The position numbers were made by a program, and so were the translations under genes. The notes beneath the pieces are model-generated. The model was not told the origin of the DNA, did no database searches, and was given only the letters and a program-made list of their open reading frames with translations. DNA of 64,000 bases from Macrostomum hystrix (taxonomy: Eukaryota; Animalia; Platyhelminthes). Shown piece after piece: positions 1-13,799 of the stretch; position 1 is the first letter of the stretch, and each line of letters opens with the position of its first letter. The stretch lies in NCBI GenBank assembly GCA_950097015.1, contig CATNEN010000039.1, forward strand, positions 682,001 to 746,000, read 5' to 3'.

Positions 1-1352
1 GGGCGCGCACGCCAGCCGGCTCCATGGCAACCACGAGTTCAAGCGGTTCGCCGCCGCTCACCATCGCAGACTCGGTGATGACGCGAGCGCACAGTGCAAG
101 GGCGTCGTGGCGCAGGCGCGGGTCCGCAAGGCGGAGGCGAGCTCGCATCAGCGCCCGCTGGATAGGCAGCTTGCCCGAGGAGCGCAGGGCCCGGATGCCA
201 TCGAGAGCCTGCGGAATTTGATAAAATGAAATGGGGATTAAGTCTCATGGAGAGGGGATGTTAGAAGCTTTGTGTGCGAATCTGAGGGATCTGACGGGGT
301 TCAGTGTGAGGAAGAACCCTGACGAGGCCAGGAAAATAATAGTTACCTGTTGCTTGCTGGACTTGTTCAGCTTTACTACGAAATGCGCGTCTTTCAGCGC
401 CGCCTCGATGGCTGCCGAAGTGTAGGGCCGCTTCGTATCTGGGTTGAGGCACCTGTTTGAGAAGCAATATACAGCTGGCCACGCTCACTCAACTCCGAAT
501 ACATGCGAGCACCACAGATAAAAACACCACTATAACAGATGTTAACACCTCTATCCCAGATGTAAACACCTCTATCCCAGATGTAAACACCTCTATCACA
601 GATGTAAACACCTCTATCACAGATGTAAACACCTCTATCACAGATGTAAACACCTCTATCACAGATGTAAACACCTCTATCACAGATGTAAACACATCTA
701 TCACAGATATAAGCACCTCTATCACAGATGTAAACACCTCTATCACAGATGTAAACACCTCTATCACAAATGTAAACACCTCTATCATAGATAAAAACAC
801 ACCTAACCCAAGTATGGATAATTTAAATAATTCTGAGCAATCCTGAACCCGAATGTGCAATCCGAACGCCCCTAACTCGGTCTGAATTCGAAAGCTAACC
901 TCATAAAAACAACCCTTACCGGTCTAAGAGCATCCTATTAAGTGAGTGCCTACATTTGCATGGCCAATCAAACCCGAAGCTCGAGCCCGAACGCACCTGT
1001 CCGCAATGAGTTTCGCAATGTCTTTCAGCATGGCCTGTTGTTGCACTGAGCGCTCCTTCTCTGTGAGCTGTATCTCGCCCTTGTTGAGGATCAGCAGGCA
1101 GATCTCTGAGACGCTCTCTGTACCAAACGCCTTCTTCATGTCTTCACGGCGGGCCACCTCACCCTTGGACACGTTCGCAAACACGGCCTCTGTCTGCAGC
1201 ACCTGGCTGAGATCTTTCTCAATGTGGTCACGCCAGGCGCGCACCTTGTTGGGATAACAGGCTATCTCAAAGCGCTGACCGCCACGTTTAATTCGCACCA
1301 CGGACACATTGGTCAGGCGCTTCTGATTGGTTGGCATCTTTAGGGCACACAT
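1..1352 (-). CDS. SBDS: Ribosome maturation protein SBDS (3'-partial). Exons 1352-997, 452-347, 208-<1
   Basis: N-terminus [31 protein letters not shown] matches the SBDS/Sdo1 family. GT-AG splicing gives ...ADR|[35 protein letters not shown]|ALDGIRAL...IQRALMR with consistent phases. Confidence 0.95.
513..800. repeat. 21-bp minisatellite (acagatgtaaacacctctatc) in SBDS intron 1
   Basis: About 13 tandem copies seen directly. Confidence 0.95.
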
Positions 1353-3124
1353 TTTGCAGTAGCTTTGCGTTAATGTGCGCAGAATAGCAGAGTAACTGGG
1401 GCCAAAGTTGCACTACTATGGGGTCTGAAATCATTGTCAGGATGCACTTGTGCAAACTGCATATGCATCATATAGGCCAATGGAACTAAGCAGAGTTGGA
1501 TGGTTATACTATGACTATGATATTTTGTAAATAATATTTACAGCTAGGCTTACAACCAGAAAGAATTGTAGCTAATGTAGAAGCCAATGTGGCATTTTTA
1601 TATTTCCAAAGCAAAAAATGCAAAACTATCAGTCATTATTTGATTCATTTGTTTTCTGATTTAATAGAAATCATTTGAAATACAACAGATATAGCTAGCT
1701 TTTTAGTTAGGCCAAATGCCCCAAGCTAAAGCTAATAAAGCTAATCAAATGCATCAATTTACTAAGTTTACAAAAAGTTTACAAAGTATCTTATTTTAGA
1801 TTTCCAGCTACTTATCAGAATAAAACAATTAACATGGCTCACTAAATATTTTGACTATTAGGCTACTTTAGCAATGCTTATCTCAATAGGCATTGAGATC
1901 AGAAGGTAATCTGGTGCACAGGTTAGTGCATAACAAAGCATACCACTTGCAAAATTGATAACAATCTGTGTGAAATTGATTTATGTAATTAGGCACAGGC
2001 ACCCTTAACCAGACACAGCTACATTTTTCTAGGTGTAGGACTACCTGCTGCCTAGTGCACTGCATACTAGAATTTTTTGGGTGGCTTTGGGCACACATTG
2101 CATGATGCAGCTAGCAAATTTTCAAGTCCTGTCAAAGTATATAATTCACTCTCCAGTTCATTTTGTGTGATCCAGAAATTTTTGGATTCTTGCACACATT
2201 TAGGACAGTATGTCAGTTGTACAAAGTATACAGAGTGTACACATTTTTAATGGATCTCAAATTGGCACACAGTATGGTGCATCATGCCAATGCAAAATCA
2301 GTGCATTATATTACACACAGTCATAGTTTGGTATGTGTGGCAGAATGCCAACTGCTAATTTAAGCATAACTGGTGCATAACAGAAATTTTGCTAACATAC
2401 TACGGGCATATTCACATTTTTAGGGTGGCTTCTAACATATGCAATGCATGACCCTGACTAGGCCCTAATCAGGCCCTAGTTTGACTATTGCAATTATATT
2501 TAGTATTTACTTTTTAGCAAAATACAAATGTTTGAGCTACTTTTTTACAGGGCCATAGCCCAACAAGGGCATGTATATTTTAAACGAAAAATCTACACAA
2601 TTAACAAAACAAGAAACTAAAAAACTATAAAAAAATAACACAATTACCTTTATTAAAATTTGGAACCTTGGCATTGCTTATAATATTGTACTTAATTAAA
2701 TGATAAGGAATAGCTAGCTATTCATTCAAAAAGACAAATAAATAAAATCAACAAAATATAGCACATAGGTACCATAGTCCAAATCATTTTAGGTGCATAC
2801 CAAAAAAGAAAATGGTGAAAATTATATTAAGATGCTAGGCCTAAGGATAGACTTTTTAAAAGCATGCTAGTACATACCTGCATAGTGTGCAGAAACATGT
2901 ACATTAGGACAAAACTTATTGTATGATTCAGGACTAGGCTATCAGATGTTCATAACACATAAGCAAGCAGCATATCTGATCTCTTTATAAATGCAAAAAT
3001 GCATGCCAAGGGCAAGGTACATACCAAACCAATGAAATATACACACATGCATGCTAGGCCTATGCATGCCAGCCCAAAGAAAATGTACACCAGAAAATTC
3101 CAGCATGCACTACATGATCTGGAC

Positions 3125-3595
3125 GGTCCCAGGTCATTTCGGTGACAAGACATTTCGGTGACAGTCATTTCGGTGACACAATTGGTCAGATTGGTGACAA
3201 CTATTTTTGCACCTAAATATGCTAAAAAACAGCCTTCGATTTTAACTATGCACACATATAAAATATTAATTAAATTAAATAATGCTAAAAGTATTAATAA
3301 GAAGCTGCATCGCTCTGTTTAAGTCTGGGTTTTACTTTAAATGAGTTAAATTATTAAATTATTTAATGATTAGTCAATAGTTTCAATAGTTATTCGTTCC
3401 TAATTAAATGTGTATAAGAATCATTTTTTAAGTTTTGAATTGACAAGGCGAGTGCAGGCTTTAAGCAGCTGCTGGATCGTGGAAGGCTGTTTTCTCAGCA
3501 TATTTAGGTGCAAAAATAGTTGTCACCGAACTGACCAATTCTGTCACCGAAATGACTGTCACCGAAATGTCTTGTCACCGAAATGACCTGGGACC
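3125..3595. mobile_element. Non-autonomous TIR element (MITE), Merlin- or Mutator-type
   Basis: About 115-bp TIRs (ggtcccaggtcatttcggtgaca... / ...tgtcaccgaaatgacctgggacc) built of catttcggtgaca subrepeats. 8-bp TSD atctggac at 3117-3124 and 3596-3603. Confidence 0.92.
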
Positions 3596-5486
3596 ATCTG
3601 GACTATGGCATAGGCCTAACAATAATATTTGGCTTTGGCAATGGGTTTACAATACAAACAACCTCTTGGAGACTGCAACAAGCAGGAGATTAGTAGGACC
3701 TATTTTATTAGGCTTATCGTTGCTTATGAGCTGGTTTGGAAGCAATTTATTTCACAAAATTTCACATGTAAAGCCAATTTTTCCTAATGCTATGATGCTA
3801 TATTGCATTTTAGCTTCTTTATGTTTTTGCATGGCAGGGATATATATGTACAATGTTGGTGCTAGCCTATTCCAGCAAGCTGCCATGCAGTTAAGGTTGG
3901 CACTATTGACACGGATCAATGTGATGTGGATAAAGTCGGCACTATGCGCTCAGGACCATGACGATAAGCACTGCCTAAGGGGGTGGCAGAAGGCAAAATA
4001 GAGTAGCAACATATTTAATTGGGCTTGCAGGGTCTTTAGAATTGAACTACAAACACTAAACGATAGTTTCTCAATTTATGGTAACTGTATTTGTTAGTTT
4101 AGTTAACGTATTGAAATTTATAATGGATGATAAGCGTCGCCTAACTAAATTAATTCATTTAATTTCTCTAATTGCTCACGCTGCAAAAGCGTAACTATAA
4201 ACCAGCGAGTTTGCTTCCGTCATGTTAAACACGAAGATCTTCCTCTAGTGGTCCTTGGTAAACCGTAGCTGAAGTTTCACAGAATCACCGCATTCAAATT
4301 AAATCTTAAATTTAAAGTGGGTACACACTAATGCCGATAACGTCACATATTGTCGTATTGTCATCATAATCGGTCAAATACGGAAATGTAGAAAATTATA
4401 AATCAGCAAATGCAAGTATTAGCGAGCAACAACTTAGAAAACGTAAATAAACGTATAAAATTCTGCTTATTAGTCTTTATCAATGTCTATAAATGATGAC
4501 AGCATTGTAGTTTGTTCCTTTAATTTTATGCATACAGTATAAAATAGATTCTTATCAAAGTGCTTGAGGCTTTAGGACCCTATAGGCCATCAAATTATAT
4601 TCATCCGTTTCCGAAAATTTTACCCCCAGACCAATGGAGCAGCTGAGCGGCCGTTCAGACAGTGTAGCGCGAATTACACGCCAGGGGGCATCTATTTCGC
4701 GAATGCATTTAAAAAGCGCTAATTTATTTTGTAAGTCGCAAGCATGAGCGACTCTGACAGTAGCGCCAGCATTATAACTGCCGATGGAGAAGAAGCCAAT
4801 TAAGGTCGCGGGACGTATGCGAATATCGACAATGAAAGGTGCCGTCTCGTCGTATAAGCACTTAAGCGTGGAGGGAGAGCTAGACTTCTTCGTCTATTGG
4901 TCAGTGGCTCAACATAAAAATTCGATCGGTGTATTCGATTCGAAGGCGAATACGATATACTGGCCGCCAATATCGTCTTCCTAGAGGTGATGTGCGACAA
5001 GCTAAACTCGGGGAGATGCACAAGATACTGCTGCAAAGGCTGGAAGATAAATCCATTTCAGACGTTCAATCAAATGCGACATAAACTTCTACAAACTCAT
5101 AGAATAGAAGTCAGCAAAAGTATACGATCGCTCGATGTGCCAGCAGCAGCAGCCCCGAAAACATTGCACGGGGCAGCATGAGCATGTCGAATATTAGGCT
5201 AGTTTAAATCCGCGCTAAAATATGCGCGTTCCTGTCTTGGTTATTTTCACTAATTGTGTGTGCCACGCTACCACAGGTACAACAGTATTAAGTAAAGAAG
5301 TTAGATTAGATATTTACACTATGTATTATTAAGAGGAGGATTTGAATTATCAGGACAGTACAAAATTAGAAGAAGCACTAGCTACAACAAATGCATAAAC
5401 ATTTTCGAGTAAACAAGCGAATTTCAAAATGCATTTGCAAAGTAGCTGAAATGGGCTACCAGAGACGATCAGTTAGCAGGCTAATT

Positions 5487-6561
5487 TCAGTTTAGTTGAA
5501 ATGTACCTCCTGGATGCATTGTGGGAAGCTCCGGTTGCAGTGAATTTCGCACCTGGCTACCATCATTGGCGTCACAGCTTGTAAAGAGTCGGCCCACTCG
5601 CTCCAGCAGAAAAATGCGCCATTCCACGCAGGTGACTCCATCAGGTCGGCCACCAGCTTCTTCCTCCACCAGTGCGGGGTCAGCGAGTTGCAGCTTGATC
5701 GAAGCCTTCACTTCACTATGAGCCATCTCAAACGGGTTGAGAAACGGCGAGTAAGCGGGCAGCAGCTGAATTTCAAACTGATGGCGGTGCTGCTCCGGCA
5801 CTGTCACACCGCGATGAAAGCTTGGACCATCGCAGACTATGACGACTCTGGCGTTGCCGATTTCCGGGATGACTTGCTTCACGAGTTCATTGATGAATTG
5901 TTGAAACCTCTCCTTTGTCTGGCCTCCTCTGAAAAACTCACTCTTCACCAACCCAAGTGCAGATGACACGGCCAGACAGATGGAAAGATTTGGACCCCTC
6001 TGTGTTGGGCAACGCCGTCTCACTGGCTGACCCCGTCGCGACCTTCCCTGTGATCTGCGCGTCCAGAGGTTGTACCCCGTCTCGTCTATATAGATTACCA
6101 CCGTATCCAGTTGCAGTCCCGCCATGAATAGCGCATACTTGCGTCGCTTCTCTATCACCGCGGGAGAGTTCGCGCTGAATCGAATGTCGCAGTTCTTAGT
6201 GGCAATCTTAAATGTATACAGGGCTCCATCCAGAGCTCTGGCTATTGTCTTAATGGAGACCGGTGGCTTGTTTGATGGAAGCTGAGCAGCGAGATTAGTC
6301 TGCAATGCTTTCAGTGTCGCCATCGGATTTTCATTTAAGAGGCCGGTGAGCACTTGGCGCATCTCGTCGTCCAGCTTGCAAGCCAATCTTCCGGCCTCCG
6401 CGCCGAAGAGCATCAATCCGACCTGTAGCTTCAAAAGTGGCAATGATGTGGCGAGCGGTTTTCAATTTGATGCCAAGAATTGTAGCGGCTAGACCAATAT
6501 TCTGTCCTTCCGTCCACGCGGAGATCAAGCGTCTTCTATCAACGTTGCTGGTTGCCCTCAT
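5487..6561 (-). mobile_element. Tc1/IS630-superfamily DDE transposase, frameshifted
   Basis: HTH N-terminus in ORF 6331-6561. DDE domain (YIDETG, VCDGPSFH, LPAYSPFLNPFE) in ORF 5487-6443. Frames switch near 6385-6400. TIRs not located. Confidence 0.85.
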
Positions 6562-6807
6562 TTTGGCGGAACAGCTTAAAATGTTAATAAAACTATAGAC
6601 AGAATAACATAGAACTTATATGTTGGCTGAGATTGCTCGTCCCAAGCTGAGATTGCATGGTCTTAAAATGCATGTCTATGGTAAAAATTAGCAGCTTCAG
6701 TAAAAAAACCGCAGTGACAAGATGGGCTGGCTGAGTTTGAATGCCCACAGGCTGAGATAGCCTGACAAAAGCTATAATCGTTCAATCGTTATGTCTATGT
6801 ATATACT

Positions 6808-7396
6808 ATAATACCCCCTGAAATCGTTGTCTATGGCCTAGGAAAGGCTTCGGACTGCGCTTCTGGGCCTCGGCTTCGCCTCGGCCAAGAAAACGCGTCC
6901 TCAGCCGTTCCTAGGCCATAGACAACGATTTCAGGACTAAGAGGAGTCAGGGCCATAGAGAGTGATTTCACAACGAATTCATGACGCATAGTCTCGGCTT
7001 CGCCTCGGCCAAGAAACGCGTCCTCAGCCGTTCCTAGGCCAAAGAAACGAAATCAGGGGGGTATTATTCTTTAATAGTACTGTGACCATACTGTAACTGT
7101 GACCATAGACTATATGCTTAATCGGCCTAGGCCGTGAAATGACTGGCCTAGGCCAGTTAAATAATAAATACATAGAATTAATAGCCAATAGGCCGGGCCA
7201 AGCTGGGGATCAAATGGCAATCACTGGTCCCCTGTCAATAATATCGCGCTTGAATTCTTGAATTTGGCTTCCTTGAGCTTTTAACCGATAAGTATAAGTT
7301 ATCACCCACTTGTTTGACTTATTTTGGCCGGGAACGGCTGAGGACTCATCTTTGCCGAGGCGAAGCCGATATATTTATCCTGTCTATGGCCCTGAC
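6808..7396. repeat. Nested palindromic/inverted-repeat element with cggcttcgcctcggc motifs; probable non-autonomous transposon
   Basis: cctgaaatcgttgtctatggcctaggaa (~6817) is the reverse complement of ttcctaggccatagacaacgatttcagg (~6908). A second degenerate right arm lies at ~7030-7066 and an inverted gccgaggcgaagccg copy at ~7354. Confidence 0.7.
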
Positions 7397-7765
7397 CAAC
7401 TAGTGAATAAATGCAACTTAATTCACTACGACCACGGCTATCACAAACATGGTAGGTCTTAAGACATCATCGGTCTATGGTTCTCGTCTAGGCAAAAAGC
7501 TTTCCTCGTGTTATAACTTATATGCGAGTTTCGGCTGCTTCCACTCTAGATGCTATATTTAGGACTCCTTTGGGACTCGATCCTTAGGACTCCTAAGAAA
7601 TAGATAGCCGAACAGAAAGACAACAGCTTAATTTGGCCATAGACTTCTATTGATTTTGGGGACCAACTTATAGTCAATTATAGCGAAGACCCAACCGAAA
7701 GTTCGTTAATTAGTTCATATCATTCAATAGATTCGAGTCATTAGATTATGTGACTCAGCATAATT

Positions 7766-10700
7766 ATGCTCATTAAACTACGACCAATTGAAAATATGCT
7801 GATGACGCTTTCACGAATTCTGATATTTTTGTCACTCTATTGCGGTATTTGCAATGCCCGAAACTTTAAGTATGCCAGCAAGATGAGTCTGGATGAATTC
7901 CGTCATTACCGAGACGGTTTTGCTGGAGGAACGGTAGGCACACTGTTCATGCACTATCCGGCGCAAATTTTCTCCTGTGATTTCCCAGTAAGCTACGCGC
8001 GATTTCAAACAAACTGGCAAGATCTTTATGTGAACGACACGTTTTACAGGTAAGCCTAAATCGGCTTGTAATAAAACATTTTGCTAGCTTCTTAGCTTCT
8101 CAGACTCATCTTCAGGCTCGTGATGAACACCTGTTGTGAGGCTTGCAGCAATGCACTGTAAGCTCGAATACTCAGCAACAAAATGAGTATTAGCGGCAGG
8201 CTAAAGTGCGGTTTCCTAAATCAAAATTTATATTTTTATTAGTTAATCAGTCACAAGGACTTATACTCTACCACCATGATTAAAGCTATGATTTTGGCCT
8301 GCAGACGCAACACAATTGTGATTAGCAAAAGCACCAACCCATGCAGTATCGTATAAAACATTGTACGATTATAATTCATATTTATTACTACCAATAAGCA
8401 ACCAGTATTGTAATAATATTTAACATATTGAAAAAAATTATTTTAGAGCTTCCTGGGGAGCCTCGTTGGGACACGATGATTACTTTGGATTCATCTCCAA
8501 AGAGTTATTTGACACCTGGTCATCCTGCTATCAGAACTTCGTCACTCGTTACTGCATGTTCCTAGTTGATAATACGGAAGACGATGTGGAAAACAACCGA
8601 ATTCGCATGTGCAAGCACATGTACTACTTAAAGACATGGCCGGAAAACATCCAAAGAGTGAACTACATGGTCCGCGAAGTGAAGCCCTACATCAACTTTC
8701 ACATGCAAGAGCACATCACTTCAAGTGGCGCACTAAGGCGCGTATTTGATATCAGAGGCTTGTATCCACTAGGCTTCGAGTACTTATTCAATTGGAACTT
8801 TCTTGGTTACGCGAGTACCCCAGAAAAAGCATACAGTAACTTGAACCAGAAAATTGGTTTCTTCGTCGCCCACGGCGCCTCACCGTGGGATTACGCCACT
8901 TTCACTTTGTTGGCAGACTCCTGGGCTATGAAGTTTGTGGAAATTTTTCACGCCGTTCTTTGGACTAGCGTTAGCAACACTCGCGGGTAAGTTATTTTAT
9001 AGGCATCGTAGATGCTCCTGTTTTTAGGAAAGTATAACCTCTGTTACTGAACTAAAATGTCCGGTACCCGCAGCATCTGTATTTAAATGCAACTGTCGTC
9101 ATGCAGTATGAACTATCAGTATTAGAAATTGGCTAGCAGATTGTACACTGCAGCAGATAGCCATGTAGAGCAGACAGCGGTGTCTGCCTTACTGAATGAC
9201 ATCCTCTGTCTATACTTGGCACTGTATGAGCCGATATAAGGCCTACTCTTGCCGAAGGGCGCATCACTCGAAACGGTCAATTTTCTAAATGATTACATTT
9301 TTAAACGGATTTTTTCGCTGGGACCTTCCCGATGCATCTCACCTTGTATAGCAGGGTGCAGGGCTTATTTTAAAGCTATAATAAGCTTCACGATATTACT
9401 GGGTAGGGCTAGCTATAGTTCTAAAAATTCATTCAAAAAAAGGTCCAGCAAATCCGTCTAGATAAAGGTATTGGTGACCACCCAAGACAGAGATGATGCG
9501 GGCACATTTGGGTGATATGCTGATCAATTTTGAAGGCCTGGCAAGGCCGCACTGAGGCGCAGTGCTAATTCGTGTATAGGGGTGTATGAAATACACTAAT
9601 TGCGACTATAGGTGTACTAGGGCTGTTTTATAATATTTAATATCTCACTGTGAATGCCACCAAAGTTGCTGTAGGTGTAAATAAATACTTATTTTTGCTT
9701 TTATCTTATTGCTGACACCAAAGTTGTTATAGGCCTTTATTTAATAACTGATCTCACTGCTGTTGTCTCAATTTAGTCGATGTTTAAACTGGCGGTCCTT
9801 AAATGGGCCGTTTAACTCTTCAATCTGGTAGCGTATGTATTGCACGAGCAGTAAATGAGGCAACTGTATGCGTTTCCAGTCAATTAGGCGTCCCCGAGAT
9901 TAGAGTTTAGCAGTTCTCCTTTTGTGATATTCTTGGAATAAATCTGAGTATAATTCTTAAGTATGATTCTTAGTATAGTTCTTAGTATATGGTTCTTAGT
10001 ATAGTTCTTAGTATAGTTCTTAGTATGGTTCTTAGTATAGTTCTTAGTATGGTTCTTATAATAGTTCTTAGTATGGTTCTTAGAATGGTTCTGAGTATTT
10101 TTCTCCATATTCTCCTCTCTTAAAATGAATAACACAATACACTACTTTCACAAGGCACTCCTTTTATATCTTGAACAAACTTCTGACTCTGAACTGAATG
10201 TATCTAAAACACCTCGCTTGACACAACACTTGACTCTTGACTCTTGACTCTTTCCACTTTATTTTTCCCTCTGCAAACTGTGGGTATATATATACAGAAA
10301 ATTAGCGTTTGTTTAAATATTCGATTTTTACAAATTAAATAATACTTATACGGTAGACATTTAAAACAAAATACATTTATACTATATTACTATTTATACG
10401 GTTACAAGTAAAACAAATTAATTTTTTTGCGTATGTTTAACTTTTCGATTTTTATGAATATTTTTATAAAACAAAAACGTATTTACATGAAAAAAATGAA
10501 AACGTATCTACACTGAAAGTATTTACACTGTCACATAGGGAAAATCTGACATTCGGCCAGAAACAGAAACATTGAATATCTCAACGGTCTGAAGAGCTGA
10601 CGACTTGATTTGTTTCAGAAGATGCGCAAAAAAGTTGGCCAGTGTTCTTAAGCTTCGTGTGCTTGGATTGTTCCATTCGGGTGCAGTACAAAAAACTTTC

Positions 10701-13015
10701 GCGATGAAACCCCCTTTCGTTTTTCTACAGTTACTACTTCGGATAAATAGAAAAAACTCAGTATTGAAATACACAGTCTGGCGTAATAAACTAATGCATA
10801 ACTGAAATAACTCCAGTTTCCGAGATAATAGCTCAGATCGTCAGAACGGCATTATTATATAGTTACAACAGAAATAAAAAGAGGCTGATTAAAAGCTTAG
10901 AGACAAAGCACACCAAGCACCACCAGAGAAGTGCACTCAGTGTACTCAGTGTACCCAATGTACGAGCTACACTGCTGTAAGCATTGGGCGCTAGATGACA
11001 GCAATAACAACTCCCGTTATCTATATAGGAGTTCACGATTTCTTTTCTGGTGCAGTTGGTAAAAGTGGCTTTAAAACTGTTTCTATAAAATGCGGATCTC
11101 CGACTTGGCCAATCCCAAAGAAATATTCTGAATTGAAAAATGCTCAGTTTTTCAGCATCCAGAGTTCTTATATAGCTATTCCTTTTTTCTTTCAGACTTC
11201 TGACTCACGAGCTGACAAATGCGTATAAAGATTTTGAGCACATCCAACTGCACTACCTGACACATATGTGCACGAAGCTACTAACGTCGGGGGCGCGAAG
11301 TAAATCATCGGGTGTCAACGAAATTCGGGACATCTTTGACATTAACATGTGTCCGAATCCATGCAAGCAGCGGGACGTGTGCTCCAGCAGACTGCACACA
11401 AGCGGCAGCGACTGCAAGCCAATCGGGCTGGGAAAACAAGACTTCACGTAAGCAAAGATGGTTGTACTAAAAAACTAGCGTTGTCCAAAACATAGCTAAC
11501 AATAAGAGCCTCCCAAAAAGTCACCACCACGGCTATTTCTTAAAGGTGTGAATGTACTGCTGGCTACGCCTGGAACCAGCAGAGCCTCAGCTGCGATGAA
11601 AGCTTCGACTGCAATGTCGACTGCAGTCCAGAGGGCACCCGGTTTTGTACTTTTGTACCAGCCATGGAACTGTCGGCTGCAGAGACCGCCAACGATGGCC
11701 TCGTCAGTCGGGAGGGGCACCTTCGATGCGAGTGCTACCCTGAGTTTGAGGGCGAGCGCTGCCAACGGCCACGAGACGCGTGCAACACCGGTGCTGATGG
11801 CAAGTTGAGCGGCAACGAGATGTGCCGCACCGATTCTGGAGGCTCCTGCAACGCCTCCGTAAGCAAGGATTGAATGAATGAGCGAAGCTAGATTCATCAA
11901 CCAGCTACTATCCGTGTCCTATAAACGGTTTCTGGCAGGGGTTCCATGATTTTTTTCCATGAGCAACTGCGGTTTCTCACGATTTTTGTCCTGACTTTTT
12001 ACCATGAAGTTTTCGAAAAAATGACAGCGCCTTTAGAAAACTGGAGCATAGCTACTGATTTTGCCAACTGCCTAAGTTTCAAACCAGTTGGAAGTGAAGT
12101 TGCTTTGCTAGAAATCACATCACGGGTTTGAGGGAAAACTGAAAACGTTCACAAAAACTTAACCTGCTTAGCAAGAGACTACCATCACCTTTTTGGGACC
12201 TGGGACTCAGACTTACTGCAGACTGCAGCTAGTCGAGGAAGTTAAGTCGGCTTACTAAAAAACTTGGTTATTCGCAGGTTGGCACCAGCTACTACCTCTG
12301 CAGCTGCCCTCAGGACTACCGCTACCAAAAATCAGTCCGAGAGGACAACTGCTTGGTGAAGAAGACCGCTTGCGATTCTGTCATTTGCGCTAACAACGGT
12401 GCCTGCTACAGCTCGACGGACGGTAAAAATTTCGAGTGCGAGTGCACACCGGGCTTCGAAGGCAAGCTATGCGAGCGGCCAATCGCTTACCAATGGACTT
12501 ATTGGGGCGACTGGTCCACGTGCGACTCGCTGTGCGGACAGGGCTGGCAGTCGAGCCACCGCATCTGCTGGGATCGCCGGTTAGGCATGCCGGACACTCG
12601 CAGCAGATGTAAAGTGAGTGCTTCCCCTTACTGCCATTTAATCACTGATTGCAATTAGAAAACTAGTATGCTAGCTCGCTGAAAATATATTGCTGCATTA
12701 TTTTATCTTCTGTATTTGTATTATTATTAAAAAATTCTTCCTCTCTACAACTTCAACTACACAAAGGGCAATAATGAGACTTTGCGAATCTGTCACAAGC
12801 ACTGCCTGACGGAGATCCAGGCGAGCCACTACATGGCAATCGGCCTTCTTGTTGAGCTTCTGTTTCGCATGATTTTGTGCATTTTTGGCTGCTTCCTGAT
12901 CGCCAAGATTCTTTTCGACTTTCTGTTTCGTGAGGTCGACTACGTGTTTGTGCGCTACCTGCGCACCGTGCTGCTGGACCTTGTGCGGCGAGCCGTTGGC
13001 GCACAACAAACTTAA
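7766..13015 (+). CDS. Type I membrane protein: signal peptide, unknown N-domain, ~4 EGF-like repeats, TSP1 repeat, TM. Exons 7766-8049, 8447-8986, 11196-11447, 11546-11858, 12278-12613, 12767-13015
   Basis: All five GT-AG junctions are phase-compatible. Motifs: CECTAGYAW, CECYPEFEGERC, CANNGACY...CECTPGFEGKLC (EGF), WTYWGDWSTCDSLCGQGWQSSHRIC (TSP1), and a hydrophobic C-terminal segment. Confidence 0.88.
9945..10100. repeat. 12-bp tandem repeat (ttcttagtata/gg) in intron 2 of the EGF gene
   Basis: Seen directly. Confidence 0.85.
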
Positions 13016-13799
13016 TGAAGCTGCCTCGGCGGGATAGGCAATGTCCAAGACTTTTTGCTTTGTCCCTCTTAATTGCTGTTTGCATTCCCTTATTTAAGAT
13101 CTCCTAGCTCTAATTAACTTAACCGCAGACTGTTGTCACTGATTGAAACTTCCTTAATTCAAAATTTCGTACAATGAGATTCGATTTCTTGTTGCTATAG
13201 TCGATTAATTGTGACTTCAATTCTTTAACCTGCACAAGCTGCAACCAGCGACCAAAATACTATATTGCTTAATGCAATATCGTGGTTGCATTGGTTGCAA
13301 CGTGGTTGACACCGTGGTTTACTTACTTCCATTAAAAAGCTCGTTCTGATATCGCTTGGCAATTAGCTTAAGTTCAAAGTTAAGGCTGAAATTTACAATT
13401 CCGATGGAGACGATTGGTCGATATAATCGTGAATTAGCTATATAAGGTATCGATGTTTCGGGTAGCATTATGCTCGACTCCCACTTCCTTTCATCCGCTT
13501 GTGATCGTTAAACCTCCATTCTAATCTGAAGGTGGTGCCAAATTGCTTGTGCTTTGAACAACATTTTTCAAGTAGGCCTATGATAGAAGTTAGTAAATTA
13601 TTTTTTTGTTATTCTGTTTTCTTCCAAATAACTGGCAAGAAAATTTAATAATTAAAATTTTTATATATTTTCTGTTAAAGTTTTATGTTAAAACTATTAT
13701 ATTTGCATAGTTGATCATGCACAATGTTTCAGATCACGCTAGTTAGAGTTAGAATTTAGGTCCATTAAGAGGACTATAAGCCTCTAGGAGCGAGCGTGT

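Noticed and set aside
4670-4700. CTCF-like motif cgccagggggcatc / possible promoter
   Set aside because: A single short match with no supporting evidence
9500-10520. Possible transposon in intron 2 of the EGF gene
   Set aside because: AT-rich with short repeats, but no TIR, TSD or coding remnant I could define
13400-13530. Possible Penelope end or hammerhead ribozyme
   Set aside because: The CTGATGA...GAAA core and flanking stems could not be assembled
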